From Candidatus Methanomethylophilaceae archaeon (GTDB lineage: Archaea > Thermoplasmatota > Thermoplasmata > Methanomassiliicoccales > Methanomethylophilaceae), in NCBI GenBank assembly GCA_050950505.1, contig JBMNHS010000001.1, forward strand, positions 736,001-800,000: a stretch of DNA of 64,000 nt, given 5' to 3'. Both the position numbers and the translations under genes were made by a program. Below the pieces are notes generated by a model. The model made no database searches, had not been told where the DNA came from, and saw only the letters and a program-made list of their open reading frames with translations. Positions 30,631-41,113 of the stretch are shown here, piece after piece. Each line of letters opens with the position of its first letter. Positions within the stretch are counted from its first letter, which is position 1.

Positions 30631-31119
30631 ATGTCTGATATCAGAATAAGGAAGAGGAAAAGAATGAGGGAACGGGATGCAAAGAATTTGTCCTCACTCC
30701 TCGAAGATACGATGGGAGTTCCGGTTTTCGGAGACGAACCCATAGATATGGCCGAAAGCACGGATTTCAAACTTATATTCGTCGGAAGCGAAATACTGGG
30801 TTTGGTGCATGAGGAAAAACCCTTCCTCACGATAAGAGGCATATTGAAATATAAACCCGGGAAACGGTACGTGACCGTGGATATGGGGGCGGTCCCCTTC
30901 ATAACAAACGGGGCGGATGCGATGGGTCCCGGCATAACCGACGCCGATCCGGAAATAGAAGTCGGAGACATGGTCTGGATAAGGGACATGCGGAACGAAA
31001 TTCCGTTGGCGGTAGGGGTGGCTCTCAGACCAGCCGCCGAACTGATGGAGAAAAAACAGGGCAAAGCCGTGACCACCATACATAATGTGGGCGACAGGCT
31101 CTGGAAATACGGGGAGTGA
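30631..31119 (+). CDS. PUA-domain RNA-binding protein
   Basis: VTVDMGAVPFITNGAD.MGPGI; C-terminal H.VGD.LW. Confidence 0.9.
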   Translation: MSDIRIRKRKRMRERDAKNLSSLLEDTMGVPVFGDEPIDMAESTDFKLIFVGSEILGLVHEEKPFLTIRGILKYKPGKRYVTVDMGAVPFITNGADAMGPGITDADPEIEVGDMVWIRDMRNEIPLAVGVALRPAAELMEKKQGKAVTTIHNVGDRLWKYGE

Positions 31120-31475
31120 TTCTTTTGTTGTTCAGCAGACGTAAAAAATCGGAAAACGGGCGGATGTTCGTGGATTTGGAGGACTACATGGAGGACACGG
31201 GAATCGACGATCGCGGAATCGTCATGAAAACCCTTGACATGAGACAGTTCTCCGACCTGACGGCGGTGGCCGATATGGTGAGCCGCAACTGGATGGTCCT
31301 GATTGAAACTTCAATGTTCGAGGAAGGCGAAACCAAAAGGAGGGATGCGGTGGAAAAAATGAGAACCGTCGCCGAGGACCGAGGCGGACGCTTTTATGAA
31401 ATATCCGACAGAGTCGTTCTTATCGCCCCCCTCAACGTCAAAGTGGAACGTTGCCGCATAAGGAGGAAGACGTGA
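31116..31475 (+). CDS. sepF: Cell division protein SepF-like
   Basis: FVDLEDY at the N-terminus; GG..ISDRVVLIAP.NV at the C-terminus. Confidence 0.65.
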   Translation: MILLLFSRRKKSENGRMFVDLEDYMEDTGIDDRGIVMKTLDMRQFSDLTAVADMVSRNWMVLIETSMFEEGETKRRDAVEKMRTVAEDRGGRFYEISDRVVLIAPLNVKVERCRIRRKT

Positions 31476-31476
31476 G

Positions 31477-32778
31477 ATGGTGAAAACCGTTCACGATCCC
31501 CTTCACGGAAGCATCTGTTTGGACGGCGTATTTCTTAAACTTGCCGACAGGCACGAAATGCAAAGACTGAGGTTGGTGAAACAACTGGGTATGGGGAATT
31601 TGGTGTTCCCCGGGGCGAATCACACAAGATTTGAACACTCTCTCGGCGTTTATCACTTATCCGGCAGAATGGCCGAATTTCTTGAACTTTCCGAAGAAGA
31701 AACGGATACGGTATGCGTCGCCGGCATGCTTCATGACATATGCCATACGCCGTTTTCCCACACCCTCGGCGAACTTGCCGAAGTGCGGTTCGGACTGGAT
31801 CACATGAAAGCGGCAAGAAAACTCATTCACGGAGACATTCCCATATACTCCGAATATGACGAAGAGACCCTCGCGTCCGAACCCACCATAGCGGAAATCC
31901 TGGAAGATGCGGGGATATCTTCCGAAAAAGTCTGCGATCTTATCGAATATCCCGAATCCAGACGGCCCAATCAAAGCTTCTTCTCCAAAGAAGAGGGTCA
32001 GTCATTTTTCAAAACCGGGGACCATCTACATCAGATTATCCACGGACCGATCGATTCCGATCAGATGGATTATCTCGTCAGAGACGCCCATTACACCGGC
32101 GTGACCCACGGGGCAATAGACATCGAGCGGATAATATCCATGCTGGAAGTTCATAACGATCAGCTTGTGCTCAGGAAAGGAGGAATCACCGCCGCCGAAG
32201 GCATGATGGTTTCCCGTTCGCTGATGTACACTTCGGTGTATTACCACGAAACCGTGAGGGTCGCCGGCTCGATGCTTAACAAAGCCGTCGAGGAGTCAGG
32301 ATTGGAACTCGCCGATATCCATCTGATGACCGACTGCGATCTCATGTCGGTTCTGGAACGTCAAGGGGGAAGAACCGGTAAAATCGCAAGGAATCTGAAA
32401 AACAGAAGACTTTACAAAAAAGCCCTTGCGGGATATGTTGCGGATCTTTCGGAAGAAGACATGGTAAATTTGGCCCGGTACACGGAATACGGGGAGAAGA
32501 AAAAACTCGAACAGGAAATCGCCGATGCGGCGGACGTTCACCTGTCCGAGGTTGCGGTGGACATACCGTCAGAATCCGCTCTGCTGTCAAAGATAAGCAT
32601 AGGGAAAACCGACGTTCCGATACTCAAAGACGACAGAGTGCGGAGCATAACCAAAATATCTTCCATAGCGAAAGCCCTGCAGTTCAGGGATACTTTCAGA
32701 TGGGCGCTTCTGGTGTCATCCCCTGCGGACAAGACCGACGAAGTGCGGAAAGCCGCGAAAAAGGTCCTCAATCTTTGA
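31477..32778 (+). CDS. HD-domain phosphohydrolase (dNTPase-like)
   Basis: DPLHG, QRLR.VKQLG, HTRFEHSLG, LHDICH and DYLVRD. Confidence 0.9.
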   Translation: MVKTVHDPLHGSICLDGVFLKLADRHEMQRLRLVKQLGMGNLVFPGANHTRFEHSLGVYHLSGRMAEFLELSEEETDTVCVAGMLHDICHTPFSHTLGELAEVRFGLDHMKAARKLIHGDIPIYSEYDEETLASEPTIAEILEDAGISSEKVCDLIEYPESRRPNQSFFSKEEGQSFFKTGDHLHQIIHGPIDSDQMDYLVRDAHYTGVTHGAIDIERIISMLEVHNDQLVLRKGGITAAEGMMVSRSLMYTSVYYHETVRVAGSMLNKAVEESGLELADIHLMTDCDLMSVLERQGGRTGKIARNLKNRRLYKKALAGYVADLSEEDMVNLARYTEYGEKKKLEQEIADAADVHLSEVAVDIPSESALLSKISIGKTDVPILKDDRVRSITKISSIAKALQFRDTFRWALLVSSPADKTDEVRKAAKKVLNL

Positions 32779-32854
32779 TTTCAGAGCCGTTTATATATCA
32801 AAAGTCCGGGGAAGGGCAGTAATTATATTCACAATATGCACATAGACATAACGC

Positions 32855-33475
32855 ATGCCCGGAGGAATACTGGCGATCGCCGCCATCGGTATCGTCGCCG
32901 CAGTTGCCACGACCATCGGCGAGATTGCGGTGCTTACGATGTTTTACATATCGACACCGGAAGGTCCCGAGGGACGCACCAAACGCAGAATCATCGATAC
33001 GGGATACTTTATCGGGAGCGGGTTGGGGATACTGGTGTCGGCGGCAGTCGCATTGGGATTCAGACATTTTGTGCCCTTTGAGTATCTCTGTTGGTTGGGC
33101 ATCGTCCCCATCGCCATGGGAATTCACTATCTCCTGCGCCCGGTGGCCGACCGCGAAATATGCAAAGCGGGAACCCTCATGGACAAAATGAGGTCGGTTC
33201 TGACCCCTCTTGGACTTTACACCATGCTGGCAATGGTTCTGACCCTTGACGACCTGACCGTCTACATCCCGTTGCTGTCGGTGATAAATCAAACCGAGAT
33301 GGTATTGGTGCTGATCATAGCCGTCGCGAACATTGCTCTTATGGTATCGGCCAGCAGATACATCAGAAACATTACTTCGATAAAGTGCCACATAGACAGA
33401 ATACAGCGTTGGCTGGCGCCGATGCTGTTCATACTTATCGGAGTGTTCGTCCTTGCTCAGGGAAGCCTGTTCTGA
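32855..33475 (+). CDS. CadD-family (cadmium resistance) transporter
   Basis: Hydrophobic; LGIVPIAMG, DDLTVYIPL and RWLAPMLFILIG. Confidence 0.75.
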   Translation: MPGGILAIAAIGIVAAVATTIGEIAVLTMFYISTPEGPEGRTKRRIIDTGYFIGSGLGILVSAAVALGFRHFVPFEYLCWLGIVPIAMGIHYLLRPVADREICKAGTLMDKMRSVLTPLGLYTMLAMVLTLDDLTVYIPLLSVINQTEMVLVLIIAVANIALMVSASRYIRNITSIKCHIDRIQRWLAPMLFILIGVFVLAQGSLF

Positions 33476-33476
33476 A

Positions 33477-34928
33477 TCATCCCTTTATGACGCCGATGGG
33501 TGTGAGTTTGACCACCTTTGACGAAAGTCCCGCCCCGCTGACCACGTCGATGACGGTATCGATGTCTTTGTAAGCCTCGGGAGCCTCTTCTGTCAGACCT
33601 TGGTCGGAACCGCTGAACAGAACTATGTCATGGTCCGAAAGGTCTTTTCTTACTTCGTTGGCGGTGGTTTTGTGGGATGCGGATTTTCTCGACATTGTTC
33701 TCCCCGCTCCGTGGCAGGTGGAACCGAACGTCTGTTCCATGGCAGTTTTCTGACCGAGCAGAACGTAAGTTCCGGTTTTCATGTCTCCGGGTATTATGAC
33801 CGGTTGGCCGACATCCCTGTATTTTGAGGTGACTTCTTTGCGGCCGGCGGCGAAAGCCCGGGTGGCCCCTTTGCGGTGAACCACCACGTCCATGTTCTTC
33901 CCGTCCACGGAGTGGTTTTCTTCCTTGGCTATGTTGTGCGCCACATCGTACACAAGATCCATCTCCATATCTTCCGCCGGGCGTCCGAGAACATTTTCGA
34001 AAGATTCCCGGATCCAGTGGGTGATCATCTGTCTGTTGGCCCAGGCATAATTGGCGCCGCAGCACATGGCTTTGAAATAATCCTCCCCCATGGTTGATTT
34101 CAGGGGTGCGCAGGCCAGCTGTCTGTCGGGAAGTTCGATGGAATTTTCCCGTATGTACTGTTCCATGTCTTTCAGGTAATCCGATGCAATCTGGTGGCCG
34201 CAGCCTCTGGATCCGCAGTGCACCGTGACGGTGACGGTGCCCTTTTCCAATCCGAAGACTTTGGCGGCTTCCTCATCGAAAACCTCGTCCACCACGTCCA
34301 ATTCCAGGAAATGGTTTCCGGAACCCAGGGAACCGAGTTGAGGCAGCCCTCTTTTCTTTGCTCTGTCGCTGACCGTTGAAGAATCCGCATCCTTCATCCG
34401 ACCTCCCTCTTCGGTGGTGTCCAGATCCTCTTTCCATCCGTATCCGTTTTCGATGGCCCATTCGGAACCGGCAATCAGAACATCGTCAAGTTCCTTCTGT
34501 CCCAATCTTGTGAGTCCTTTGGACCCGAGTCCCGAAGGGACGTTGGAGAAAAGAGCGGCCACGAGATCTTTTCTTTTTTTGCCGATGTCGTCAACCGTGA
34601 GGTTGGTTTTGATAAGACGGACTCCGCAGTTGATGTCGAAACCTATCCCCCCGGGGGAAATGCTCCCTTCGTCGGCGTCCACGGCGGCGACTCCGCCAAT
34701 GGGGAATCCGTAACCCCAGTGAATATCGGGCATTGCCAAGGAATTTCCAACAATTCCCGGAAGGCAGGCGACGTTGGCCGCCTGCAAAGGAGCGTTGTCG
34801 GAGCGGATCTGCGGTATCATGCCCTCGCCGGCATAGATAACCGCATCTGTGCGCATGCAGGGAACTTCGCCCTTGGGAATGCGCCATCTGTATTCATCAA
34901 TCCTTTCCAATGTGCCGTTCCATGCCAT
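33477..34928 (-). CDS. rtcB: RNA-splicing ligase RtcB
   Basis: MPDIHWGYGFPIGG, DINCG, GNHF, HCGSRG, HRKGAT and CHGAGR. True start is ATG 34928. Confidence 0.97.
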   Translation of the reverse strand: MAWNGTLERIDEYRWRIPKGEVPCMRTDAVIYAGEGMIPQIRSDNAPLQAANVACLPGIVGNSLAMPDIHWGYGFPIGGVAAVDADEGSISPGGIGFDINCGVRLIKTNLTVDDIGKKRKDLVAALFSNVPSGLGSKGLTRLGQKELDDVLIAGSEWAIENGYGWKEDLDTTEEGGRMKDADSSTVSDRAKKRGLPQLGSLGSGNHFLELDVVDEVFDEEAAKVFGLEKGTVTVTVHCGSRGCGHQIASDYLKDMEQYIRENSIELPDRQLACAPLKSTMGEDYFKAMCCGANYAWANRQMITHWIRESFENVLGRPAEDMEMDLVYDVAHNIAKEENHSVDGKNMDVVVHRKGATRAFAAGRKEVTSKYRDVGQPVIIPGDMKTGTYVLLGQKTAMEQTFGSTCHGAGRTMSRKSASHKTTANEVRKDLSDHDIVLFSGSDQGLTEEAPEAYKDIDTVIDVVSGAGLSSKVVKLTPIGVIKG

Positions 34929-34952
34929 ATTATCAAAACCTTGGAAAATAGG

Positions 34953-35027
34953 GGCCGGGACCGAGATTTGAACCCGAGTCGGGGGATCCACAGTCCACCA
35001 GGATAACCAAGCTACCCTATCCCGGCC
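34953..35027 (-). tRNA. tRNA-His(GUG), intronless, with encoded G-1 and no encoded CCA
   Basis: The reverse complement folds as a cloverleaf: acceptor GCCGGGA/TCCCGGC, anticodon loop CT-GTG-GA, T-loop TTCAAAT, discriminator C. Confidence 0.95.
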
Positions 35028-35145
35028 ATGAATAATCGCTTGATTGTGTTAATGTACATAAAGATTATTACGATTCCGACCTGCGGGGTCCCTGTTCATA
35101 CAATGGACTATCCTTATTATATGAACAATACCCATTGTCAGTTTT

Positions 35146-36060
35146 ATGGGAAAGAAAAACCTGATTTCAGTCACGGACATGAAAGACGAGTGGCCGGATC
35201 TTGTTGATTTGGCGATAAAGATGAAGGCCGAGCGAGGAAAACACGGCGATCCTCTCCTCGACAAAACACTGGCGATGATATTCGAAAAGCCCAGTACCAG
35301 GACCAGGATATCCTTCGATGTGGCAATCACCGAACTGGGCGGTCACGCTCTGTACATCGATGAATCGAATTTGCAGATGGATCACGGAGAAACCATCGAA
35401 GACACCGCGAAAGTGATGAGCAGGTTCGTGCACGGAATCATGTACCGTGCCAACGATTACAAATCCATGGATAAGTTCGGGGAATTCGCCACGGTTCCGA
35501 TAATCAGCGGCCTTGACAATCTGGAACATCCCTGTCAGGCTCTTGCGGATATGGTCACAATAAAGGAAAAGAAGGGAGGATTCCGCGGAAAGAAACTGGT
35601 GTATCTCGGGGACGGGAACAACGTCTGCAACTCTTTGCTTTACGCCTCCGCCATTCTCGGATTGGACATGGTGGCCTGTTGTCCGGCGGTCAGGATGCCC
35701 AACGCGGAAATTATGCTCAACGCATCCCGTATAGCCGATGCCAACGGGAGCAAAATCATAGCTTCCCACGAGCCCGTCGAAGCCTGTGTGGATGCGGATA
35801 TACTATACACCGACACCTGGGTTTCCATGGGGGACGAGACTTCCATCGAAACCGCCACGAAGCTCTTCAGCAAATATCAGATCAACAGGAATCTGATGAA
35901 TTTGGCAAAACCGGATTGCATCGTGATGCACTGTCTTCCCGCGTACCGGGGACAGGAGATAACCGAAGAGGTCATCGACGGACCCAACAGCGTGGTGTTC
36001 GACCAGGCGGAGAACCGGCTTCACGCCCAGAAGGCCGTGCTGTACACCTTGCTCAGATGA
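35146..36060 (+). CDS. argF: Ornithine carbamoyltransferase
   Basis: STRTR, HPCQ, HCLP and QAENR. Confidence 0.96.
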   Translation: MGKKNLISVTDMKDEWPDLVDLAIKMKAERGKHGDPLLDKTLAMIFEKPSTRTRISFDVAITELGGHALYIDESNLQMDHGETIEDTAKVMSRFVHGIMYRANDYKSMDKFGEFATVPIISGLDNLEHPCQALADMVTIKEKKGGFRGKKLVYLGDGNNVCNSLLYASAILGLDMVACCPAVRMPNAEIMLNASRIADANGSKIIASHEPVEACVDADILYTDTWVSMGDETSIETATKLFSKYQINRNLMNLAKPDCIVMHCLPAYRGQEITEEVIDGPNSVVFDQAENRLHAQKAVLYTLLR

Positions 36061-37468
36061 TCTGACACGAAACCAAATCCTCGACGGCGTCGAGGAACAC
36101 TTCTTTTTTATCCGCGGGTATCGTGGCGCCGGCGGCAACACTGTGACCGCCTCCGAATCCGCCGACGAACCCCGCGGCTTTTTTCATGACTTCCGAAAGA
36201 TTGAGTCCGCGATTCACAAGCGACCGGTCGGCTCTTGCGGATACCTTGACCCCGTCTTCCGCGTCGGCAAAGGCGATTATCGGCAAATCTCTCCTGGCGA
36301 TGTCCGTGTTCAGCAACATTCCCGCAACTATTCCCACCACCGTGTCCCGTATGCTGTCTCCGGCATCGAAATATTGGACGAAACGTCTTTCCCGCATCAG
36401 ATGATTTTCACGGACGTAAGTCAGAGCCGAAGAGATGTTCTTTCTGTGTTCTGCACGGTTTCTTTCGGCGTCTTCCAACGCGGTGATGTCCCCGCAACAG
36501 ATTCTCATTCCCGTATCCGCGTCTTCATATCTCCCGCAGGAATTCAGGATGGTGGCGAATTCCTTTGCATCCCTCAGCCCCGAACCCTTTTCGAAGTTCG
36601 GCAGGGTGTACACTTCGCCGTAAAGACGGTCGATTACGTCGGAACCGTCCAACAGATCCGTCAACTTCTCCGTGGCTCTTTCCTTTTCACCGGGACTGAG
36701 ATCGTTCCAGACTCTGTTTTTTCCTCTGTGGGTAAGTCCGATGTTCAAATCCGAATAAAACTTGACGCAATTCTGAGGGGAATTGGTCAGCCCCGGAAGT
36801 TCCGGGTCGTTGCTGTACTGCAGATACTGCACCAACCCTCTGGTTTCCCTTCCGAAAAGACGCAAATCCATTTCCGGCAACACGTCGCCGGCGGCAAAGG
36901 CATCGTCCACAATGACACGGTTCAGTCCTGTGAGCCCGGAGCCTTCGCTGTCTTGGAAATCCCCCACGGCACCGACGAGTCCGAGGAAGGCCAAATCGAT
37001 GTTTCTCGGATCGACTTCCTTGGCGACCATATACGTCGCCCCCGCCCCGCTGATTTCCACGGACCCGTCTATTCCGAAACAATGGGGATTCACGTGAAAG
37101 ACTTCGGAAAACCGGCTCAATGTCATCTGGCCGTTTTCCCGTCTGGTATCCGGAACGTGATGATCGGTAATCAACAAACCCTGTTTGGTAAATTCGGAAA
37201 AATACCCGCTGCCCAAGTCACATATCCAAACAAAATCTTCTTTGCTCGAATTCACGGTACTGACGACTTCTTCGGTAATCTTTTCCACGTAAACCGTAAC
37301 GTGTTCGATGCCGAGACGTTCCAAAGTCATGGAAGCTATGGAGCCTGCGGAAATGCCGTCGGCGTCTATGTGGGATATGACGAGAACGCTTTCGGCGGTT
37401 TTGACGGCTTCGGCGGCGCGTTTTGCCTCTCTTATGAATTTTTTGTAATTACCAGATAAATCCCGCAT
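36053..37468 (-). CDS. RecJ-like DHH/DHHA1 phosphoesterase
   Basis: HIDADG, DLG, DHH and GGGH..AAGA. Confidence 0.9.
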   Translation of the reverse strand: MRDLSGNYKKFIREAKRAAEAVKTAESVLVISHIDADGISAGSIASMTLERLGIEHVTVYVEKITEEVVSTVNSSKEDFVWICDLGSGYFSEFTKQGLLITDHHVPDTRRENGQMTLSRFSEVFHVNPHCFGIDGSVEISGAGATYMVAKEVDPRNIDLAFLGLVGAVGDFQDSEGSGLTGLNRVIVDDAFAAGDVLPEMDLRLFGRETRGLVQYLQYSNDPELPGLTNSPQNCVKFYSDLNIGLTHRGKNRVWNDLSPGEKERATEKLTDLLDGSDVIDRLYGEVYTLPNFEKGSGLRDAKEFATILNSCGRYEDADTGMRICCGDITALEDAERNRAEHRKNISSALTYVRENHLMRERRFVQYFDAGDSIRDTVVGIVAGMLLNTDIARRDLPIIAFADAEDGVKVSARADRSLVNRGLNLSEVMKKAAGFVGGFGGGHSVAAGATIPADKKEVFLDAVEDLVSCQII

Positions 37469-38210
37469 AATCCCTCACCAGTTTGGGATAAACGATTTCT
37501 GCGATCCGTTCCAGATTGACCGTGTCTGCCCGGTTGTATTCCACCAGTTTATCCAAAGCATCGGCGTCATTATACATTTCCCAGCGTTTCCACAGGCGCA
37601 CGGCTTCGAAACCGTCCACCCCCTCTATCTCTTCGGCCCTCTCGATCCCCAATTCCGTCTCCAATCTTCCGAGTCCGCCGCTGAATCCCACTCTGCGGGC
37701 GGCGAACCTCAGGTCGAGGTGAGGCATTTCAAAATCCAACGAAGGGAAACTGTTTTTCAGTATGGGGATGTCGAAACAGCTGCCGTTGAAAGTAACCAGC
37801 ATGGTGGAACCGTTCAAAGCATCGGACAGATTTCGGGAGTTCAGTTCTCTTCCGTGGACAAGCGTCACGGTACGGTTCTTTCTGTGAACGGTGACGGCGG
37901 TTACAAGGGAGTCCCTGCTCAACCCGTCGGTTTCTATGTCCAGATATGCGGCTTCGTCGCCGAATTCCCCGAACATGCGCCATTTTTCGGATTTGGGCGT
38001 TATTTTTCCCAGGCCGACCGAATCTCTGTTTTTCAGCAAATCCGCGGCTTTGGAAATCGCCCGGTCGCAATCCCCTTTTCTGTACACGGGGACGGTGCAC
38101 ACCTCTTCGGCGTCAAGGAACTCTTCCCAGTTTCTGATTCCGGATTCCCAAATACACATCTCCTTTTTCTTTCCGATTGACGGAGCTATGCAGAAGGTGC
38201 GCTTAATCAT
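37449..38210 (-). CDS. YprB-like RNase H-fold exonuclease
   Basis: LDIETDG, TFNG..FD, HLDL and YNRAD. Confidence 0.85.
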   Translation of the reverse strand: MIKRTFCIAPSIGKKKEMCIWESGIRNWEEFLDAEEVCTVPVYRKGDCDRAISKAADLLKNRDSVGLGKITPKSEKWRMFGEFGDEAAYLDIETDGLSRDSLVTAVTVHRKNRTVTLVHGRELNSRNLSDALNGSTMLVTFNGSCFDIPILKNSFPSLDFEMPHLDLRFAARRVGFSGGLGRLETELGIERAEEIEGVDGFEAVRLWKRWEMYNDADALDKLVEYNRADTVNLERIAEIVYPKLVRDYAGFIW

Positions 38211-38287
38211 AACTTGAGCTTATTGTCAGACTGTGTAAAAAACCCTTGCATCCGCTGAATTAATATGTCTTCCGCGGATAATGTAGT

Positions 38288-39004
38288 ATGCGCACACTGG
38301 AAATTCTTCCCGATGTCCTGGTGACCAGCGACCGATGCCTGTTGCTGGAAGGGGGCCGTACCGCCGTCATAGGGGATTTGCATCTGGGATACGAAACTTC
38401 GTTGGAAGACGAAGGCATGTTTCTGCCCAGGGTGAACACGGGTACGATACGGGATGCGCTGAATCGGATCATAAGCAGATACGAGCCTGAAAGAATGGTT
38501 CTGTTGGGGGACGTGAAACACGATTTCCGGAGATCCAGGGGAGAATCCTCCGACGAGATTCTGCGTGTAATCCGTTTGCTCAACGAAGCCGTGGAAACCC
38601 TGGTTATCAAGGGAAATCATGACAATTACATTCAAAACGTGTTAATTGAAGAGGGAATGTCTGCCGTCGATTTTGCGGACATCGCCGGATTCAGACTGGA
38701 ACACGGACATGTGGATTCAGGACGCAGACCGGTAATCATCGGTCACGAGCATCCGGCGGTAAGGATTCCGGGTTCCGGCGGGGAAAAAATACACTGTTTC
38801 GTGCTGGCCAGAGAAGAAGGCGTACTTGTGATTCCTCCTTTCAGTCCCATGTCGTTGGGCAGCGATTTGCTCACCGAAGGAACGGCAATGTCCCCCGCAC
38901 TCCGGGAATCGGATGTGGGTAAGGCCGAGATATACGGAGTGTCGGATTTGGGAATCATGGACCTGGGCACTCTGTCGGAATTGGAAGACATGGATGCTTA
39001 CTGA
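38288..39004 (+). CDS. Calcineurin-like metallophosphoesterase
   Basis: DLHLG, GDVKH, GNHD, HGH and GHEHP. Confidence 0.9.
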   Translation: MRTLEILPDVLVTSDRCLLLEGGRTAVIGDLHLGYETSLEDEGMFLPRVNTGTIRDALNRIISRYEPERMVLLGDVKHDFRRSRGESSDEILRVIRLLNEAVETLVIKGNHDNYIQNVLIEEGMSAVDFADIAGFRLEHGHVDSGRRPVIIGHEHPAVRIPGSGGEKIHCFVLAREEGVLVIPPFSPMSLGSDLLTEGTAMSPALRESDVGKAEIYGVSDLGIMDLGTLSELEDMDAY

Positions 39005-39085
39005 GTCAACGGCACTTGTATAACGCGTGCACCTGAACATTAAATAATAGTTAATACATTCAACCGAAACAGGAGAATTAAACGT

Positions 39086-40117
39086 ATGTCAATGACTCCA
39101 AAAGAAAGAGTGCTTGCAGCAATGAAACACGAAGAACTCGACAGGCCTCCCGTCGCGATTTTCACTCAGTCCGCTACCCTTGGAATGATGGATAAAACCG
39201 GCGCCGCATGGCCCGAGGCACATGGTTCTGCTGAACTTATGGCGAAATTGGGATCTGCACAGGCCGACATGTTCGGTTTCGAGGCAGTAAGAGTGCCCTT
39301 CTGTCTGACCGCTGAGGCAGAGAGAATCGGCTGTCAGGTCGCTGTCGACAAAAGAGACGCGGCCCCTATGATTAAAGAACACCCCTTCACTTTTGATCCT
39401 ATGAGCGGCGAATACGACAGCCCGGACTCCCTTATGGGAGTTGAAGAGCTTATTTCCGGCGGCAGACCCAAAGTGGTCCTCGAATCTTTGGAACTTCTCA
39501 AGAAGTCCCACGGCGACACCCACTGCATCGTCGCGGGAAACACCGGTCCTTTCACGCTTACCGGTCACTTGGTGAACACCGAAAACATGGTCTTCGCCAT
39601 GATGATGGAACCCGAACAGGTTTCCAAATGGGTCGGAGCGGTCGCACCCCTTCTCAAGGGATACAGCCAGGCTCTTGCCGATGCCGGTGCGGATGTCATT
39701 CAGATGTCCGAACCCACCTCATCCACCGACCTTATCGCGCCTGACATGTTCATGGACGCCTCCGGTGTCTTCGTGAAAGACGCACTTGCGGGAGTCAAAG
39801 GAGCTTACTCCATCCTCCACGTGTGCGGCAACACCCTGCCCATTCTCGACGTTATGGCCGGCACCGGCGTTACCGGTCTGTCCATCGAAGAGAAAGTTGA
39901 CCCCTTCGAGGCAACCAAGGCAGTCGGCGGAAAGACCGTTCTTGTCGGAAACGTCGGATCGGTCAGACCCCTCTACCAGGGAACTCCTGCGGACGTAGAG
40001 CGCGAGACGAAGAAGACTGTGGAAGCAGGCTTCAACGTCATCTCGCCCGGATGCGGTATCGCTTCCGCGACCCCCGACGAGAACCTGGTCGCAATGGTCA
40101 AAGCAGTCAAAGGATGA
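39086..40117 (+). CDS. mtaA: Methylcobamide:CoM methyltransferase (MtaA/MtbA family)
   Basis: PFCLT.EAE, GPFT, and Zn ligands LHVCG and PGCG. Confidence 0.88.
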   Translation: MSMTPKERVLAAMKHEELDRPPVAIFTQSATLGMMDKTGAAWPEAHGSAELMAKLGSAQADMFGFEAVRVPFCLTAEAERIGCQVAVDKRDAAPMIKEHPFTFDPMSGEYDSPDSLMGVEELISGGRPKVVLESLELLKKSHGDTHCIVAGNTGPFTLTGHLVNTENMVFAMMMEPEQVSKWVGAVAPLLKGYSQALADAGADVIQMSEPTSSTDLIAPDMFMDASGVFVKDALAGVKGAYSILHVCGNTLPILDVMAGTGVTGLSIEEKVDPFEATKAVGGKTVLVGNVGSVRPLYQGTPADVERETKKTVEAGFNVISPGCGIASATPDENLVAMVKAVKG

Positions 40118-40205
40118 ACGCGGTTCATTCCTGACTCAAACCCCTTACCTTTATTTCCACTTCTTCTTACAAATATTTATTACGGCGCAACCCGATTGCC
40201 GGCAC

Positions 40206-40913
40206 ATGTCCGAAATAACGGCGGCTAACGCAGGGTACGCTTCCGAAATCAAGTCGACAGTCAAACTTGATTTTGAACCCGTAGCCATAAAACTTATTCC
40301 CGAAGGCGAAGATTTTCCTGATTATTCAAAACCCGAACGCCAAATGTCCCACTGCCAGGCAATCACCCGTGCCCGCAAAGGCGAATATTTCACCCTGAAA
40401 CCCGAAGATTTCAGCTGTCATGTAGGCTCTTCCGCCCTGAACATGTCCGACACCCCGGAAGGTGTGGCCGACGGAACCTTCCATTACAATCTCGGAGGAT
40501 TCGAAACCCCGGAGGCGGCGGCAAAACTGATCGAGGACCGCATAGAGATGGACACAAAGATAATCGGCGAAATCGTCTGTCCGCTCAAGGACGCGGATTT
40601 TGAACCTGATGTGGTCGTCATAATAGACGTCCCCGAAAAAATCTATTGGTTCGTCCCGGCAATCACCGGGGTCGACGGCGGAAAAGCATCCTTTACCATG
40701 GGTTCTTTTCAATGCACCTGCGAGGACGTGACTTCATATCCTTACGTGACGCAGAGTCTGAATATTTCTCTCGGATGCTACGGATGCAGAAGAAGAACGG
40801 ATATGAAACCCGAAGAATTGGCAATGGGTTTCCCGTACTCGATGATCGGTGAAGTGACGAGACGTCTCGGAGTGTTGGGCGAAGGCATAATGCAAAAAGC
40901 AAAGCGTGATTGA
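40206..40913 (+). CDS. DUF169-family protein
   Basis: PVAIK, HCQ, SC.VG, QCTC and SLGCYGCR. Confidence 0.8.
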   Translation: MSEITAANAGYASEIKSTVKLDFEPVAIKLIPEGEDFPDYSKPERQMSHCQAITRARKGEYFTLKPEDFSCHVGSSALNMSDTPEGVADGTFHYNLGGFETPEAAAKLIEDRIEMDTKIIGEIVCPLKDADFEPDVVVIIDVPEKIYWFVPAITGVDGGKASFTMGSFQCTCEDVTSYPYVTQSLNISLGCYGCRRRTDMKPEELAMGFPYSMIGEVTRRLGVLGEGIMQKAKRD

Positions 40914-40954
40914 GACACACACCGCGTCTGATACAAACCTTTTAATATTAGATT

Positions 40955-41113
40955 TCTAAAACAGATATATTAACGCTGTTTAATAATCAGAATCCGTAAA
41001 TCAATTCACAATTTAACACTGTGAAACGTTGGTTTTATAATAGATTAACAGGATACTCAGAATTGCAAGGGAGTACAGGGCCCAACCCTGTAGAATATAA
41101 ACGGAGGTAAAAA
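40955..41113 (+). promoter_or_regulatory. Putative mcr promoter/leader
   Basis: AT-rich region with TATA-like ATATATTAA and TTTTATAA, a hairpin at 41074-41092 and RBS GGAGGT. Confidence 0.5.

Noticed and set aside
34929-34991. Longer rtcB start in the ORF track
   Set aside because: It runs into tRNA-His. ATG 34928 is the plausible start.
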